The notes under the pieces were generated by a model that had not been told where the DNA came from, made no database searches, and saw only the letters and a program-made list of their open reading frames with translations. A DNA stretch of 64,000 nucleotides, taken from NCBI GenBank assembly GCA_027923505.1, contig BROI01000019.1:496001-560000 (forward strand), in the 5' to 3' direction. How positions within the stretch are numbered: position 1 is the first letter of the stretch; each line of letters opens with the position of its first letter. The translations under genes were made by a program, and so were the position numbers. The stretch comes from Mayamaea pseudoterrestris (taxonomy: Eukaryota). Shown here in pieces: positions 34,699 through 47,788 of this stretch.

Positions 34699-35396
34699 AT
34701 GGAGGACGACTTTCGTCACTGGCCGCTCAAAGACATTCACACTCCCCACTTGCACGACGTACTCTGCGGAAGAGGAGGCGGAAGTAACAGTCACGTTGGA
34801 AACATGCACTGGAGAATGCTTGTCGCAGCCAATAAGGAACTCTATGTCACGCTGCCAAAGAAGCAAAAGCTGCTGCTCAGCATGTCCATAGTCAATGCAG
34901 TTCGAAGTCAGAAACCTCCGGGAAGGTTTCTACAAAAGGATGCAAAATCTGATTTATACTATGACGTTGGTGATCAGCGAGCGCAGGAAAAGACGAGTCA
35001 AGCCTTGCGTGAAGGTGCGCCCGACATTAAAAAGAAGATTGCCCATCCAACGAGCGAAATTATTACTGCGCCACAACAAGCTCCAATACGAGCGCCGCCA
35101 CCGGCAATATACCCGCATCATGCTCGAGCCGCCGATCCGTTAGCGTATCCGGCAGCAGTACAAGTTCCGCTTCCTCCGCCAGTGCCGGCGCAGGGACCTG
35201 TCCGTAGTCGCAGCAAAAAGAAATCGACCCTGCCAGAGCAGCCAACGATAAGTATGCATGATTCAATGCCGGAGCATTACTCGGAACGCGCGTCCAATGG
35301 AAACGATCAAAACAATCCGCTACAAGTATATAATAGCAGCGCTGGAGACGACTTTGAATCGACGCATGCCGGTTTGGAGGAACAAATGCATGAGCG

Positions 35397-35445
<49 letters not shown>

Positions 35446-36477
35446 TACGCAACGTCGACCTGCCCATCAATTCCTTCACCCGTCGATGGAGGATTGGAGC
35501 CATCCGCGTTGTCGTTTGGAACGTATATGAGTATGGGGACTATTGAAACGAACTTGACTGCGTCGAATCATTACGACGACAATCAGCAGCAGCACAATCA
35601 AGACGAAGAGCATCAACATATTCATGCCGGACCTGACAATGATCTCGAGGCGGTGGCGCCTGTGGATGGCGGTCTAGAGTCGTTTCAGGGAGTTTCCTTT
35701 GGAACAGCTGTCATGAGCGTCGATACCTTACAACTGGAACGTGCTGGCTTGTCGGTGGGGTCAGTCATGAGTCTAAACACCATGCCAGCTGCTGTTGACG
35801 GCGGCCTTGATGCGATTGGAGCAAGTTTTGGCTCCATGTCGATCTCTCGAGACGTTCCGAACGCTGTTGAAGGAGGTCTTCAAAGCGTTTGCTTGAGTAT
35901 TGGTTCATTGTCGCTGTCAGCAGAAGACAGAGCGTTCCTCATCAATTCACTTCGCGAAGACAATATTGAGATTCCAGCAGTGCTAGAGAGTATGCCAACC
36001 TTCTTGTCGGCGCAAAAATCTAGAGGCAACTTGCTCGAGTGCAGCGATACAGACTCGGACGAGGAGAGTCGAAAGGCAAGCAGTGCTCATCCAAGTGCTG
36101 ACTGGGAGAAGCTGCAAGCGACATTGGCCGCGCAGAATACCTCACTTTTGTCGCAATCGTCGTCGTCCATGGTTGTGCCACCGCCATCGTTTCCCACTGG
36201 GCCAAACAACCCAACTTTCTTTGCTAATAACAACTTCGCCTTTCTTGGAGATAACAACGAGTACTATGTCCCCACGACTGGCTTTGATCGAGACTTGTCC
36301 GCACTCAGTGTCGGCGACTTTGAACCAGCTTACGGTCAGTCGCCGGCGACGGAGCGCGACCGACAAGCAATGCCTCCTCCCGCCAATCGGAACATCAATA
36401 CTGCCAGTGATACGCAAGTACCGCGGCCTCCTACCCAGCTGAGAAAGGCTGATAGCGATCATTGGGGAGAAGTCTAG
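34699..36477 (+). CDS. DUF6824-domain protein with polyQ tract and internal DGGL repeats
   Basis: HDVLCGRGG..N.H.GN, IVNAVR, PPGRFL, A.EKTSQALRE. Confidence 0.88.
35398..35442 (+). repeat. (CAG)15 microsatellite encoding polyQ
   Basis: Perfect CAG run followed by CAA. Confidence 0.95.
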
Positions 36478-36968
36478 CGACCAGAGGCGATTTATCTGGA
36501 ACTTGTACGATATACCTCGCTTGCCGAGAAATTTACCGCTGCCTCAGATGTCGAGCGACAAATAGAACACCCCTAGTGCGGACGATTTACATCGTAAGTG
36601 AGTTGGCAGTTCTACGCACTGTTTTTTGCGTTTTATATTCCGCACCTCTAATCTAACGTCAGCCAGCTGACCTATTTCAATGAGGCTTGAGCGTGGAGCT
36701 TTACCTGTAGTAGACGAGCGTGTGCGACATTTGTGCTCTTGGTAAGGGCATCAGTCATTAAGTCCAAAAAGTCGCTTCCGTCTTGGTGATAAGCAAATAA
36801 TTGAAATGATTTCTTTCATCCAGATTTTCATTCGCATCTGGCAGCAGCTAGGTGTATGCGGTATTAATCATGAAGCTGACTATCACGGAGCCGACGAACT
36901 GACCGTCAAAACGGTAAACTGCCATTGCCGCGTCTATTCGTCGGTGAGTAGTCGATTCTACATTGCAT

Positions 36969-37891
36969 ATGGCGCGAGGCATTCCAAATGCGAGACGACC
37001 GTCAACTCGAGAGGACGAAAGACGATATTACACCTTGTTATTTGACTATCAACTCACTATTACCGTGTCATCGACGCAGCGCAAATCAAAGTCACCCAGA
37101 GGTGAGTGGCGCCAGAGTGTGCTGTCTTGTCAGGCTATCGTGACGATAATGATGATACAAATGATGGTGCTCCAATTTCTCATACTTAAACCACAATTCC
37201 AACAGAGGATATGAATTGGCTGCTTGTGCAAGCTGGCCAGGACCAGCTCACGTTGCTGCGAATCATGCGCAAATGCCGTTCCGACCGCGAGAATGAACGT
37301 CAGCTGGCGATTGATACTCTAAAATTTATCTTTCGATACGCAACGAGCTTTGGAAAGTCCGCCGATGAAGTATTAAAGCTTGTTGATGGTTTGACTGAGC
37401 AGGATTGGAGAGAATTTGACCAGCTAGTTGGAGAAGGAAAGAACCAGCAGGAAAACCACCGCCGACTGACGACCAATAAGCCAACCGATTCTTTCAATTA
37501 TTTGGGCTGGTTCTATTACGGCTGGTTCAATCCCTTGCGCTGGATCATTGAGTTTATCAATCCGCAAGTACTCGATTCTCTAGATCACGTAGAGGAATTT
37601 CCGATTGGTCCCTCGAAAGCTTCCAGGTCGGATAAAAAGGAGTTGCTCAAGAAAAACATGAGCATTGTTCTTGGCTACTTGGGAGACAACATGAATGACG
37701 AGGGAGAATACGATAATCCAAGTTACTACACCCTTCGAGCTGCTCTGGTCAGGCCTGCACATCCCGCCCACAAGAACTTGGTTGATGCGCTAAGTTGTAT
37801 CCATTTTACAGTCTCGAAGGAGGAGGAATCGAGCAAGCTGAAGAGCCAAATGAGTGCTCTCGCTGCCGAGATTGTAAAAACAGGCAACTGA
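36969..37891 (+). CDS. Hypothetical protein; possible exons 36969-37101, 37206-37891
   Basis: 226-aa ORF; a GTGAG...CAG intron would add an in-frame upstream exon; no family recognised. Confidence 0.45.
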
Positions 37892-38182
37892 CGGAAATTA
37901 AGTACAAAATTGATTCGCGAGCACGACGCATAATGCTGCCATTTACATAAAAACTAGCGTACTTTATCGTAACATTCACTATAAGTGTCGTGCGAGAGGA
38001 GTTTTGATAGTTTCGTCTGCTGACGAATCTCTTGTTGTCCATTGCGGCAGCCAATCACAAGCTACCATCACTCAGCTTTAAGCCCAAGCAAGAAACAAGA
38101 TGTTTCCCAATTTGTCTCGCGTTACGCTGAAGATAGGCAAGGGTCAGTAGGGTAATCGAAATAGTCGCTCACTACGACACAC

Positions 38183-38976
38183 TTACGCAATCTCAGTCGG
38201 AGTTGTCATGGGCGAGGGCGCGTCGACTTTCTGCAAACAGTCCTCGCACAGATTGACAGTGGGATTTGCTCGGCTATAGTAACTGTTAGCAAGCTTGTGA
38301 AGCGTCAAACCTTCATCGTCGTTGAAGCACACGCCGCATTTGTCGCCTCCAAGGTTGTGTGGATGTTTGCACAGTCTGTAGCTCGTGCGGGTGCAATCAT
38401 CATGGGAAGCGTATATCTTTACCAAACCTGGTTGTGCATCAAGATAAGCAAGCTCCAGTTCGCAAGGATTTGTAATGGGGAAATGGTCGCTAGCCTTATC
38501 AATGGCAGCGAGCTGAATGTGATCCAGTGGGATACGCTGGCCGTAAAGCTCAAAGGCCCGTTGCTTGATGGTCTCAAATAGAAGTTGCCAGCTCCCTTGT
38601 TCATGTGAGATTTTCACATAAGACCATCCTATGCTGGCTAAAGTTTTTTATCGGGCGTCAGAAAATAATGGACTCTGGACAACCCTAGCCAGTTCATGCA
38701 TTACATCACAATACAACGATCAGCGTACGTACGAATACTAAGTCCGTGCTGATAGACGCAAATACCCAGCTTCATGCCAACTAATCTCTCCTCGCTTGTC
38801 GCAACACTCTCTTCCACCATGATTTCAGTCGGCAGATTGGTGGCTGCTGGATCTGTTACAGCGGATAGCGTCGTCAGCTGAAACCGATGCTCTAGAATGT
38901 TTGCCACTTGCTCCGCCAGCTGATTGACGTCGATTGACGTCGACATGGACGATCCATCAATACTGGCAATCTTCAT
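38183..38976 (-). CDS. PB1-like domain protein with a Cys/His-rich C-terminus; exons 38976-38733, 38628-38183
   Basis: GTACGT...TAG intron joins two ORFs in frame; ID.ASD.FPIT...EL resembles a degenerate OPCA motif; CGVC...NLCEDC. Confidence 0.5.
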
Positions 38977-39278
38977 GGCTGCAAATACTTTTCCTTACTA
39001 CTCTTTTACAATGAGATTGCTTGACAACAACTTGGCGAGGAAGTTGCAGACTGGACGGCGTTGGGATAATGTGGACGAAAACCAAAAAATCATTGGAACG
39101 AGTGTGAGTACCGGTACGAATCGCTAACGGCTTGGCGCACTCGCTGTCACACTCGCGCGCCAGCCGAGCCTCGTTCATTTTTTCGTCGACACCAAGTTTC
39201 AACGCATCAGTTGGAAGCTTCCAAAGAGGTGCACAAGGTGCTGCCAAGTCTCCATTTCAGCCTTTTACCGCAACAACC

Positions 39279-42200
39279 ATGAGAATACATTCAATAGTAG
39301 CAACTAGAAATAGCCAGCGCCAAAGGAGGATGCGGTTCTGGGCTGTCGCTATCGTCATTGCGTGCCTGCTGCCAGCTAGCACAAGCGCTAGCATTGGCGT
39401 CGTGCATCGACGAGAATTAAACGATAATGATCAAGCAAACGGCGGCGACTCAAACAAATCTTCAAACACCAACGCTCAAGATGGAAATAGGAAGAATCGC
39501 AATAATGGCAATGGAGGTAACGATGGAAATGGAAACGGTGATAACGACAACGACAACAGGAAAAACAACAAGTCGAACAATGGGAACGGGAATGGCACCG
39601 GCAACGACAACAAGAACAGAAATAGTAACAATGAAGGCAACAATATTGACTGGAGTACAGTCTCAAGCTCGAACCAGACTGATATTGAAGCAGAGTTGGA
39701 GAAAGAAGCCTTTTTGAACTCCAACACGACGGAGTGGCATAAAATCACCTACGATGATGACACTGTTTCCGGCTGGCAAGAGATGGAGGCAGCAACAGTC
39801 ACACCGACCATTGCTCCGATAGTTACATGGGAAAGCGATAAACCCAGTAGCTTTCCGACTAGTGATGCAAGCACTGAAGTCACGGACGAGCCAACTGCAG
39901 CAGGCTCCACCACTGAAGCTGTATCGTCCACCCCGACAACTGCATCTCCCACGACGGAAAGCTCTACTCAAATACCAGAATCAACAGGCGCGCCGGTTGC
40001 AAGTAGTGGAGCGAACAAGTTTTTGTCGTTTGCAGGCAATCAGCAGACGAACCAGACGCAGCAGCAGCAATCGCAATTCATCACTAGTTTCGGTGCGTCG
40101 TCTACATCAGCGACTCCGACGACTGCTGCACCGACAACGGCCGCTCCTACAGTGGCCCCAATACCTTCACCAACAGCCACGAGCCAGCAGACGGCCTCCT
40201 TCTTTGGCTTTCTCTCGCCTCCGACGTACTCGGCGCAAGGCACCGCCACGGCCGAGGACGCCGCAAATGCCACAGTACTAAAGACGAGTTCGAGCAGTAG
40301 CAACACTAACGAATTCTTTGAGACGAGTGAAAGCTCCAGTGGCTACTTCCATGTTGCTCAGCCAACCAGTAGTCCAGTCGTCAGCACGGATCCAGCGGCA
40401 ACGTCTGGTTACACTGAACAAGGAGATTCGTCACCTGAGTATGCTCCAGGCGTTTATTCATATCCTATCGCAGACAGCATTCAGGATGCGTCTCATCTCT
40501 TTGATCAATCCAATCACTACCAAGCTGGGCAAGCAGCACCAGAATCAAGTTATCCAGTAGGTGACGTCGCAAATGTCGAAATGCTCAATATGACGAACGT
40601 TGAGGCTGTTGACGGCACGGGAGGTGGCTATGGGTATCAGGCAGAAGGTGGCGAAGACTCCTATGTCGAACATCCTTACTATTCCATGCCCACGGAAGAA
40701 AGCAATTTCATGTCAGGTTCCGGATACAATCCAAACGATGCATCAGCCGACATTCCGGATTGGGATCCGTCACCAGAGGCATATGCAAGTATGAGCATGC
40801 CGCAGCACATCTCCAGTAAGGGCGGGAAAGTCGGAAAAGACGTGAAAGGAAGCAAGGGAGGTCGTCACGGCAGCGCCAGTTCATATGATGCTGCAATGAA
40901 ATGCATTGAAGATCAAAAGGCTGCTAAAGAAAAAGGCCACGGCGACGACAAGATGAAAAAGTGCCCAGATGTCAATGGTATGTATACATTTGTGTTTTGA
41001 GAATTACCTTCTCTCTGCTCCTCCATTTTATGGCAGTTCAAAGCATCTAATATTCCCGCTATTTTCTTTGGCTACACAGCAAGTAAGGGTGGAGCACGAA
41101 GGAAGATTCAGATGCCTAAACCAGGATATCCGCAACCCACCTACCCTCAACCAATATCATTTCACTTCCCTTCTCCGACGATTATGCATCCGCAAGCGCC
41201 TTCGCCAGTTTCTGCCCCTATATCTGCACCAGTATCTGCACCAGCAACGCAGTCACGACCTACTTTCTTCCGACCTGTTCAACAGTCGCCAGTCGCTCCT
41301 TCTGCGTCAATTGTTACTCCGACATTAGCAACTAGCTCCGCTGTTCCAACGCCGTCTCCAATTGTAAGATCTCCGGCCGCCTCAGAGCCCCCAACCACCG
41401 AATCTTCGCCGGCAGCAAATGCACCAACGCCCTCTTTCGTTGCGACTGATGCACCATCCGTTGGGGCATCGTTTCCCACAGTCGAGCAACAGCCAAGCGC
41501 TTTTACGGCATTTCCTGTCATCGCTGATATACCCACAACGACACCAGGTACGTAAGACAGAATCGCATGCAGAATTTTACAGAGAATGATCATCTCACAC
41601 CACTTTTCCTTGCTCGCAGACTCAGAAACTGAAGAACCCCCATCGGCTGGATTTCCGACTGCTGCCACACAAACAACTGGGCCATCAGTAAGTTTTCCAA
41701 GTGCTGCAGCCCCATCAGCTGAACCAGTCATTGCATTCCCCACAAGTGAAAATAATGATGCCGCAACAGCAGAACCAGTTGAACCGACGCCCGCTAGTGA
41801 CAATTTTCCAACAGCATTACCAGCATTGACAGATGGAGTGGATACACAACGTCCGACGCCGTCAAACGGCGCTGCCGTGACGAGCTTGCCAACGGTTTTG
41901 CTAGAAGTAGAGCCCAACACAACATCATCGGAAGGTGTGGGTCCATCGCAGCCTGTAGAAGTATCCCAGCTCAACGAAGTATGGGTAGCTGCCAAGGACG
42001 TCACTGTGGAAGCGAAAGGTTCTATCGATCTCTCGACGGCGCAGCAGGAGGTTTTTAATCAAACTGTCAGCGTCATGACGCCATTCTTCGAAGCCTATTT
42101 CGGAGACAATCTTGTAAAATTTCAACTCGGGTTGACCTTTCTCGAATCCAAGACGGATTCCGTATCACTTGGCGACTCGGGATCTGAAGCCGCAGTCCAA

Positions 42201-43184
42201 TCATATTTTGTTGCTGAGGTGTCATTTCTTGTATCAAGCGCTGACATGGACGTACTAATTGACTTTGATCAGAAGAAAGCTACAGATGTTGTTGAGATGT
42301 TTTATCAAGGCGATTCTCGGGATGTCTTGCTGAAACTTTTGTATGGCAAAGGTATAGAAGTTGATACACTTGAAGTATATGAGGGCGAGCTTGATGAGTC
42401 GAGTGGCTCTCCGGCACCAACTTCGTTTCCAACGAAAGACCCAGAACTCTCAACAGAACAGGAACCTGAAGCCACCGAGGCCACCGAGACCAAGTCGACA
42501 AACGCTGCCTTGTATGCAGGAGTCGTCAGTGGTGGTGTAATTCTCGTTGCTATCGGAGCTGTGATATATACGACACGAAACAGCGAAAGAAACTTCTTCA
42601 AAGACGCGCTCGAGTCTGTTTCCGACAGTTTGTACAATGACAGTCTCGGTGGCCCACCTGGTGGAAAACTTCTCCCGGTTTTGTCGCCTCGGGCAAGTGC
42701 GACGGCACGCACAGGCCGGTCGTCCATGGCAAGCAGTGAGACTCGAAGTCGGATCAAACCGGCTGCCATTACGCTTCGCAAAAAGGCAAAGGCAGCACAG
42801 GAATCTGCGGGCAGTGTAAGCACACTGGGTTCTATGCGACTTCATAAAAACGGCCAAGAAAGTCGATCACCACCGATCAATGAAAACGAGGCTGAGGACT
42901 ATGATCGACTCCACAGAATGGAGAATGGACCAGACCTAATTGCTTCGCGGGTTCTGACGTATCACGATCCTGATGTCCAAGGGGTAGTAAATAGCTACCC
43001 AGAGTTCGACATATATCACCAAGCCAATCCATACGCTGATACAGCATGGTCAGTGGATGGTTTAACTCTAGAAGATGAGAATGAGGTTGGAAGGCATCGA
43101 AGGTGGCAAGACGAATCAAGCGAGACTGGTATTTCGGGGCTTCCTGACCATCATAGTTCAACCAACGGCAGCACTAAATCATAA
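39279..43184 (+). CDS. Large mucin-like type I membrane protein; exons 39279-40977, 41080-41547, 41620-43184
   Basis: Signal peptide, HRREL, N/G-rich and P/T/S-rich tracts, folded juxtamembrane domain, TM ALYAGVVSGGVILVAIGAVIY; two GT-AG introns keep frame. Confidence 0.8.
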
Positions 43185-43291
43185 CGCCTCTATGTTACGT
43201 TGTTGTATATATTGTGAGTAAAACGATATCTAAAAATTACATTAAACACTTTAAAATGAGGTAAAATCGTGAACCGAGAAAGTGCATCGTT

Positions 43292-46027
43292 TTAAAACGA
43301 CGCTTGGGTCATGAGGTCGTCCGATGCATCGTTCGACGTTGCCGCGCCAATGGCTTTGTCATTTCGCGGCGTGTAGGGAGTTGGAAAGAAGTGTAGAAAC
43401 GAATCGTCATTAGGGTTGCCGTCTTCGTCCTCTGTATCTTCGTCTGCTTCTACCGTTTCGCGTCCCGGAAGAATGCCAAGGGTTTGCTTCTCCTTGTCTG
43501 TCAGTGTGCTGCTCGCGCGAACAATGCCGTTTGGAATCGCGGCCGTCACCTTGTTGTTCGCCGACAAGGTCATTGCGTAGTTACTCGTGATACCCGGTCC
43601 CATGAAGAGACTACTCTCATCGTCGCTCGATTCAGCAGGATAGTCCGGTGCCATTGCAATGCTACTAACTGTGCTCTCGTTCATCAAGTCATGTTGCAGG
43701 TTCCCCCCGCGCGCTCGTGGTGTCTCCATGGACATGTCATGCGACGACGATTCGGCAGACGAATCCGCTTCACTCGCTCCGGAAATTTCTTGCACCAGTG
43801 GCAGTCCCGATGCGAATTTGAGGCGGGTTTGGTCGACAATGGAGCTCTGGTCATCAGAGTCCTGTGAATATGCGTGGTGGATGCTCCACTGCTTCATTTC
43901 CTTGGCCAATTTGTGTTGAGTACCAGCCTCAAGTTGATGTTGATCAAGTCCGACAATGTTGACTTGCTCACGAGGTGCTCGCTCGCTCACCAACGATAAG
44001 TCGTCATCATCTTCATCGTCCTTGTCGTCGGAGAAAATAACCATTTGGTTGCGCGGGTCCATTGGTTTTGGTGGCGCCAAGAAGGAAACATCATTGGCAG
44101 CAAGCATCGACGCATCGGGTGCAATCCCATCTGCGACACTCCACATTCTCGATTCGACCGTTTGACTTTCATCGTCATCGTCGTCGCCGAGCACATTGGT
44201 GTTGTACATGAGTGAGGGTGCAATCGAGTAAGACTGATCGCCAATCATGCTATTGGACTCAATGTACGAGTAGCAGGAGGTGCCTTCGCTCACGGGGTAT
44301 CGTCCAGCTTGTGACTCATCGTCGTCGTCATCCGAATCCACCACTTTGGCCAGTTCCTTAACCGCCTTGGACGGAGACCCTCGCGGTGCTGCCGGCGGAA
44401 CCATGAAACCAGAAGGAGTCGTTGGAGCGCTTCCCTTTTCGGCGGCACCGCCCGATGACTCATCCGTTTGACTCGTCCTCGAGGGCGGAATCATGTTGTT
44501 TTCCTCATGAAATTCCTTGTCTTGACCGCGTCGACGCGCCTGGTTGCGACACAACAAGCAAGCGGCCAAGCAACAACCCAAGAAACCGGTACCGCCAATG
44601 ACAATGATGCAAATCCAAAAAATGTTCCATTCAAAGGGAAGAATCATCGAGTCGTCAGTGTTACTGCTTGTGGAAGCCTTGTCACTTCCAGCGACAAACT
44701 TGTCATCGTCAAGCTCCTCTCGCACCGCCGATGAAAAGCCCACATAGACTTGAAAGGTTGCCTGTAACACTAAATCATTGGCCGCCTGCAGTCGCTCCAT
44801 GAATCGCTGCAGGGCAGCGCCGTGCATGGCGCGAGCAACCATGCTGGGAATGGCTTGACGCAAGTCTGCATCAACGGCGGCATCAAACACTACGTGCCCA
44901 TGAATGGCTTCGGTGATGGTCCACACTGGTTGCTCGTATTCGGATCGCACGCCCGTGACGGATCCGGTAATGGCTTGAATGCGGGCAGTGGTATTATTTA
45001 AAGACTTGGCTGCGTTTTGCTTGTTCATGATGAGCAGCATGACGTTTAGTTCCGTGAGCAAATGCTCCTCCGTCAATTGCAGTAGCTCGGATCGATCAAA
45101 GGAGATGCTTTCTTGTTGCTGCAATTGTCGTCGTCGTCGAAGGTTGCGACCATTTCCAGAACTTGTTTCATCAAGAGTCAATAGAGTGAGCAGAAAGCTT
45201 TCAATTTCAACCTTGTCGATGTCACCAGAATCGTCGTCCACTGCAGGATCATTTTCGTCATCAGTTTGATTCGTCAATGAAGGAGGAGGCGGCAGTAGCG
45301 GAGGCTCCGTACTGTTGGTTTCCTGTGACTCGGTAGCATTGGCAAACGTCGGATTGCTCGTCGAGTCACTTGGTAGCGTCGGCTCAAGTGTTGGCAATAT
45401 GGTAGGCACCAAGGTCATAGCCTGCGTCAAGGGAATTGTAGGAGCCAGGGAAGGCGTGGAAGGAACGGCCGTCGGCTGAAACTCTCCGTAAAGCATTTCC
45501 CACCAAAGGCAAGGCTCGAGCGTGTCTGCATATGGAGGAAGAAGAGGAAAGAAAATGAGAGTTGAAGCTTTCAATATCGCGATTGCAAATTCCTCGTTCT
45601 CTGCTGCTTGCATAGCTTCACTTCTTTAGCAGTCTCTAACAAGCAAAAGCCCATTTTACGTACCAGAAATTGAATCCGTTTGATCCGGTTCAATCTGAAT
45701 TCCTTGGCAAAGCTTTGGTCGAGCCTTCTCCTCGAGCGCCCCCAGCACCCACCGACACGTATCAAGGTCGCACTTGACCGAGTCATCGTCATTGGCATCA
45801 ACGAGACTTGGATCATTGCAATGATAGATGGAATCCTTGGGACATTTCGTTTGTAAACGTCGGTGCGTCACAGACGATGAGGAAAACGACAGGAATCTCC
45901 GAAAAGGATTCGTCACGGAAACAGCAGCGTTACTTTCGTCATTGGCGTAAGAAAAGCTACTACCGCATTGTAACGCCGCTAGCGCAAGGAGCGCCATGGC
46001 CATGGTCCGAAGCAAGCTCATCATCAT
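43292..46027 (-). CDS. Type I membrane protein with RXL motifs and a long acidic tail; exons 46027-45664, 45525-43292
   Basis: Signal peptide, HRRLQ, Cys-rich module, PT repeats, RRRRQLQ, TM followed by Cys cluster; GTACGT...CAG intron keeps frame. Confidence 0.8.
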
Positions 46028-46999
46028 GGTTGTTTGCTGCTGCTATTGTAGAGAGAAAAAGAGTCAAAATGCTGTTGCCTTGCTGAAACAGCCTGGCACA
46101 TGCAAGAATGCCGTGTCGTTGGCTTGGAAGCGGCGGTTTGTGTCGGCGGCACAAGCACTTGGATCGTGCCAGCTCCCTTCCGATCGATTGAGAGAATTAG
46201 CCATTCAACGAAAAGAGTTGGAGTTTTGTTTGGTGCAATGAAGCATTATGGAAAGCGTGCTGGCTCCAACGGCAACGCAGGGCGGGCTTCCATTGTGGTT
46301 ACTCCACAAAGATTTCAAGGGTTAGCTAACAGTAAAATATGTGCTTCTTTCCAACTTTATTTTATTCCATGGCGCATGTAGAGTCGAAAAGAAAGCTCTT
46401 GGTAAAGAACAACACCATGTATAAGAAATCTCATTGATAATTGCGTAAGCGTTTTTATCTAGCAAGGATATTTCATGCGAGCCAAGCCCGAAAGTGTCGA
46501 AAGTCATGCTTGGGGATGCGTTGCACGATGGGCCAATGAGCGATGAAGCGAAAACAAGCCGCAACAGTACTCCTCGCACGATGAGATAAAAAGTTTGAAT
46601 TGCAAAACTGAATCTAACTTTGAGAGTTGTGGAGTAAAACGGAATGCACAACTTAGCTCAGCCAGGATTGCTAATGTATTCAAATGATATTGAATGCGGG
46701 CATGTCGTTCGCATGGGCTAACATAGAGCTGGACAGCTACTAGTCAAAGCGCTGAGAGGAGATGAGTCCAGGAGTAATTGAGAGAAGCACGACGCGGCGA
46801 CCTTTCGTAGATCGACAAGCACGGAATCGGTCGCGGGCCTGTAGCCTGATGGCAACTATCGCAGCTGAACTACGGTAGCACAGATTTTGATTGGTAAATT
46901 GAGGTAGTATCATAGTCTCTTAATAGATATCGAATGGTGCTCAGCGCTATAGGCGAGTCGAGTTAGCATTGCGAAAGGCTTGACGGCTTGATCAATCAT

Positions 47000-47437
47000 T
47001 CAATCCACTCGTTGCTTGAATATTCCAACTCGTGGTCCAGCATCGTCAAATCGCTTGGTTGTATCTGTTTCACCTTGGTCTTCCACAAATGCCGAATAGC
47101 AGTAGACTGCAATGATAAAATTTGTCATGAGAATGGCTGCTCCGCCGGCCCAAACGTCGGGCGACTCCTTGTGTTGACAATAGTGCAATGCTATTAGAAA
47201 GGTAACGACAGGAAACACAACCATGCAGCCAGTTGCAAGCGCCAGTTTAACGCCCACTTGTCGATTCTGAGGGTCGAGTAGTCTGTATGAATGTGGCAAG
47301 CGAGTGAGAGATGTTGTTCGTTGAAGAAGCCGTCGATCCGTCGATGATGCACAATCAATGATGGCAGGGCAAGCCCAATGCTTAATTCGACAGCCTGTTT
47401 CATTTCGCATACAAGCCACTCACGCTGAGAAGCCCAT
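47000..47437 (-). CDS. VMA21-like V-ATPase assembly factor; exons 47437-47424, 47282-47000
   Basis: Splicing gives MGFSALLDPQNRQ; two TM helices (KL...M...PV.TF; A...N.II..Y...AF.E). Confidence 0.7.
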
Positions 47438-47788
47438 CTTGATGCAAATGGATTAGCGTTATTCTGCACTCCTCCGGAGGTTGACGTTAGCGACGATGAT
47501 TTGAACGATGGTCGCATCATCAGTGCGCCATGGTCGTTTTGTTGGTTTCGCTGGTCATACTCTGTGGCGATCGATGTTGCAACCTTGACAATGAAAAGAT
47601 TCGTAAGTGGATCGCCTCTGAGTATTCTTGAACCGGTACGACACGTCTTACTGGTATTGGCAACGCTCGCTGCATGCGCATTGCAACCATTTTCGCTTGG
47701 CTCCAGTCAGCAACGAGAGCTAACAAGAGATAAATTGATCTCCATTACCATTCATTACTTAACAAGCTTCTGATTAAACGCGCACGAC

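Noticed and set aside
46100..46990. Gene or structured RNA in the long intergenic gap
   Set aside because: Only short ORFs without motifs and no consistent splice model or convincing fold
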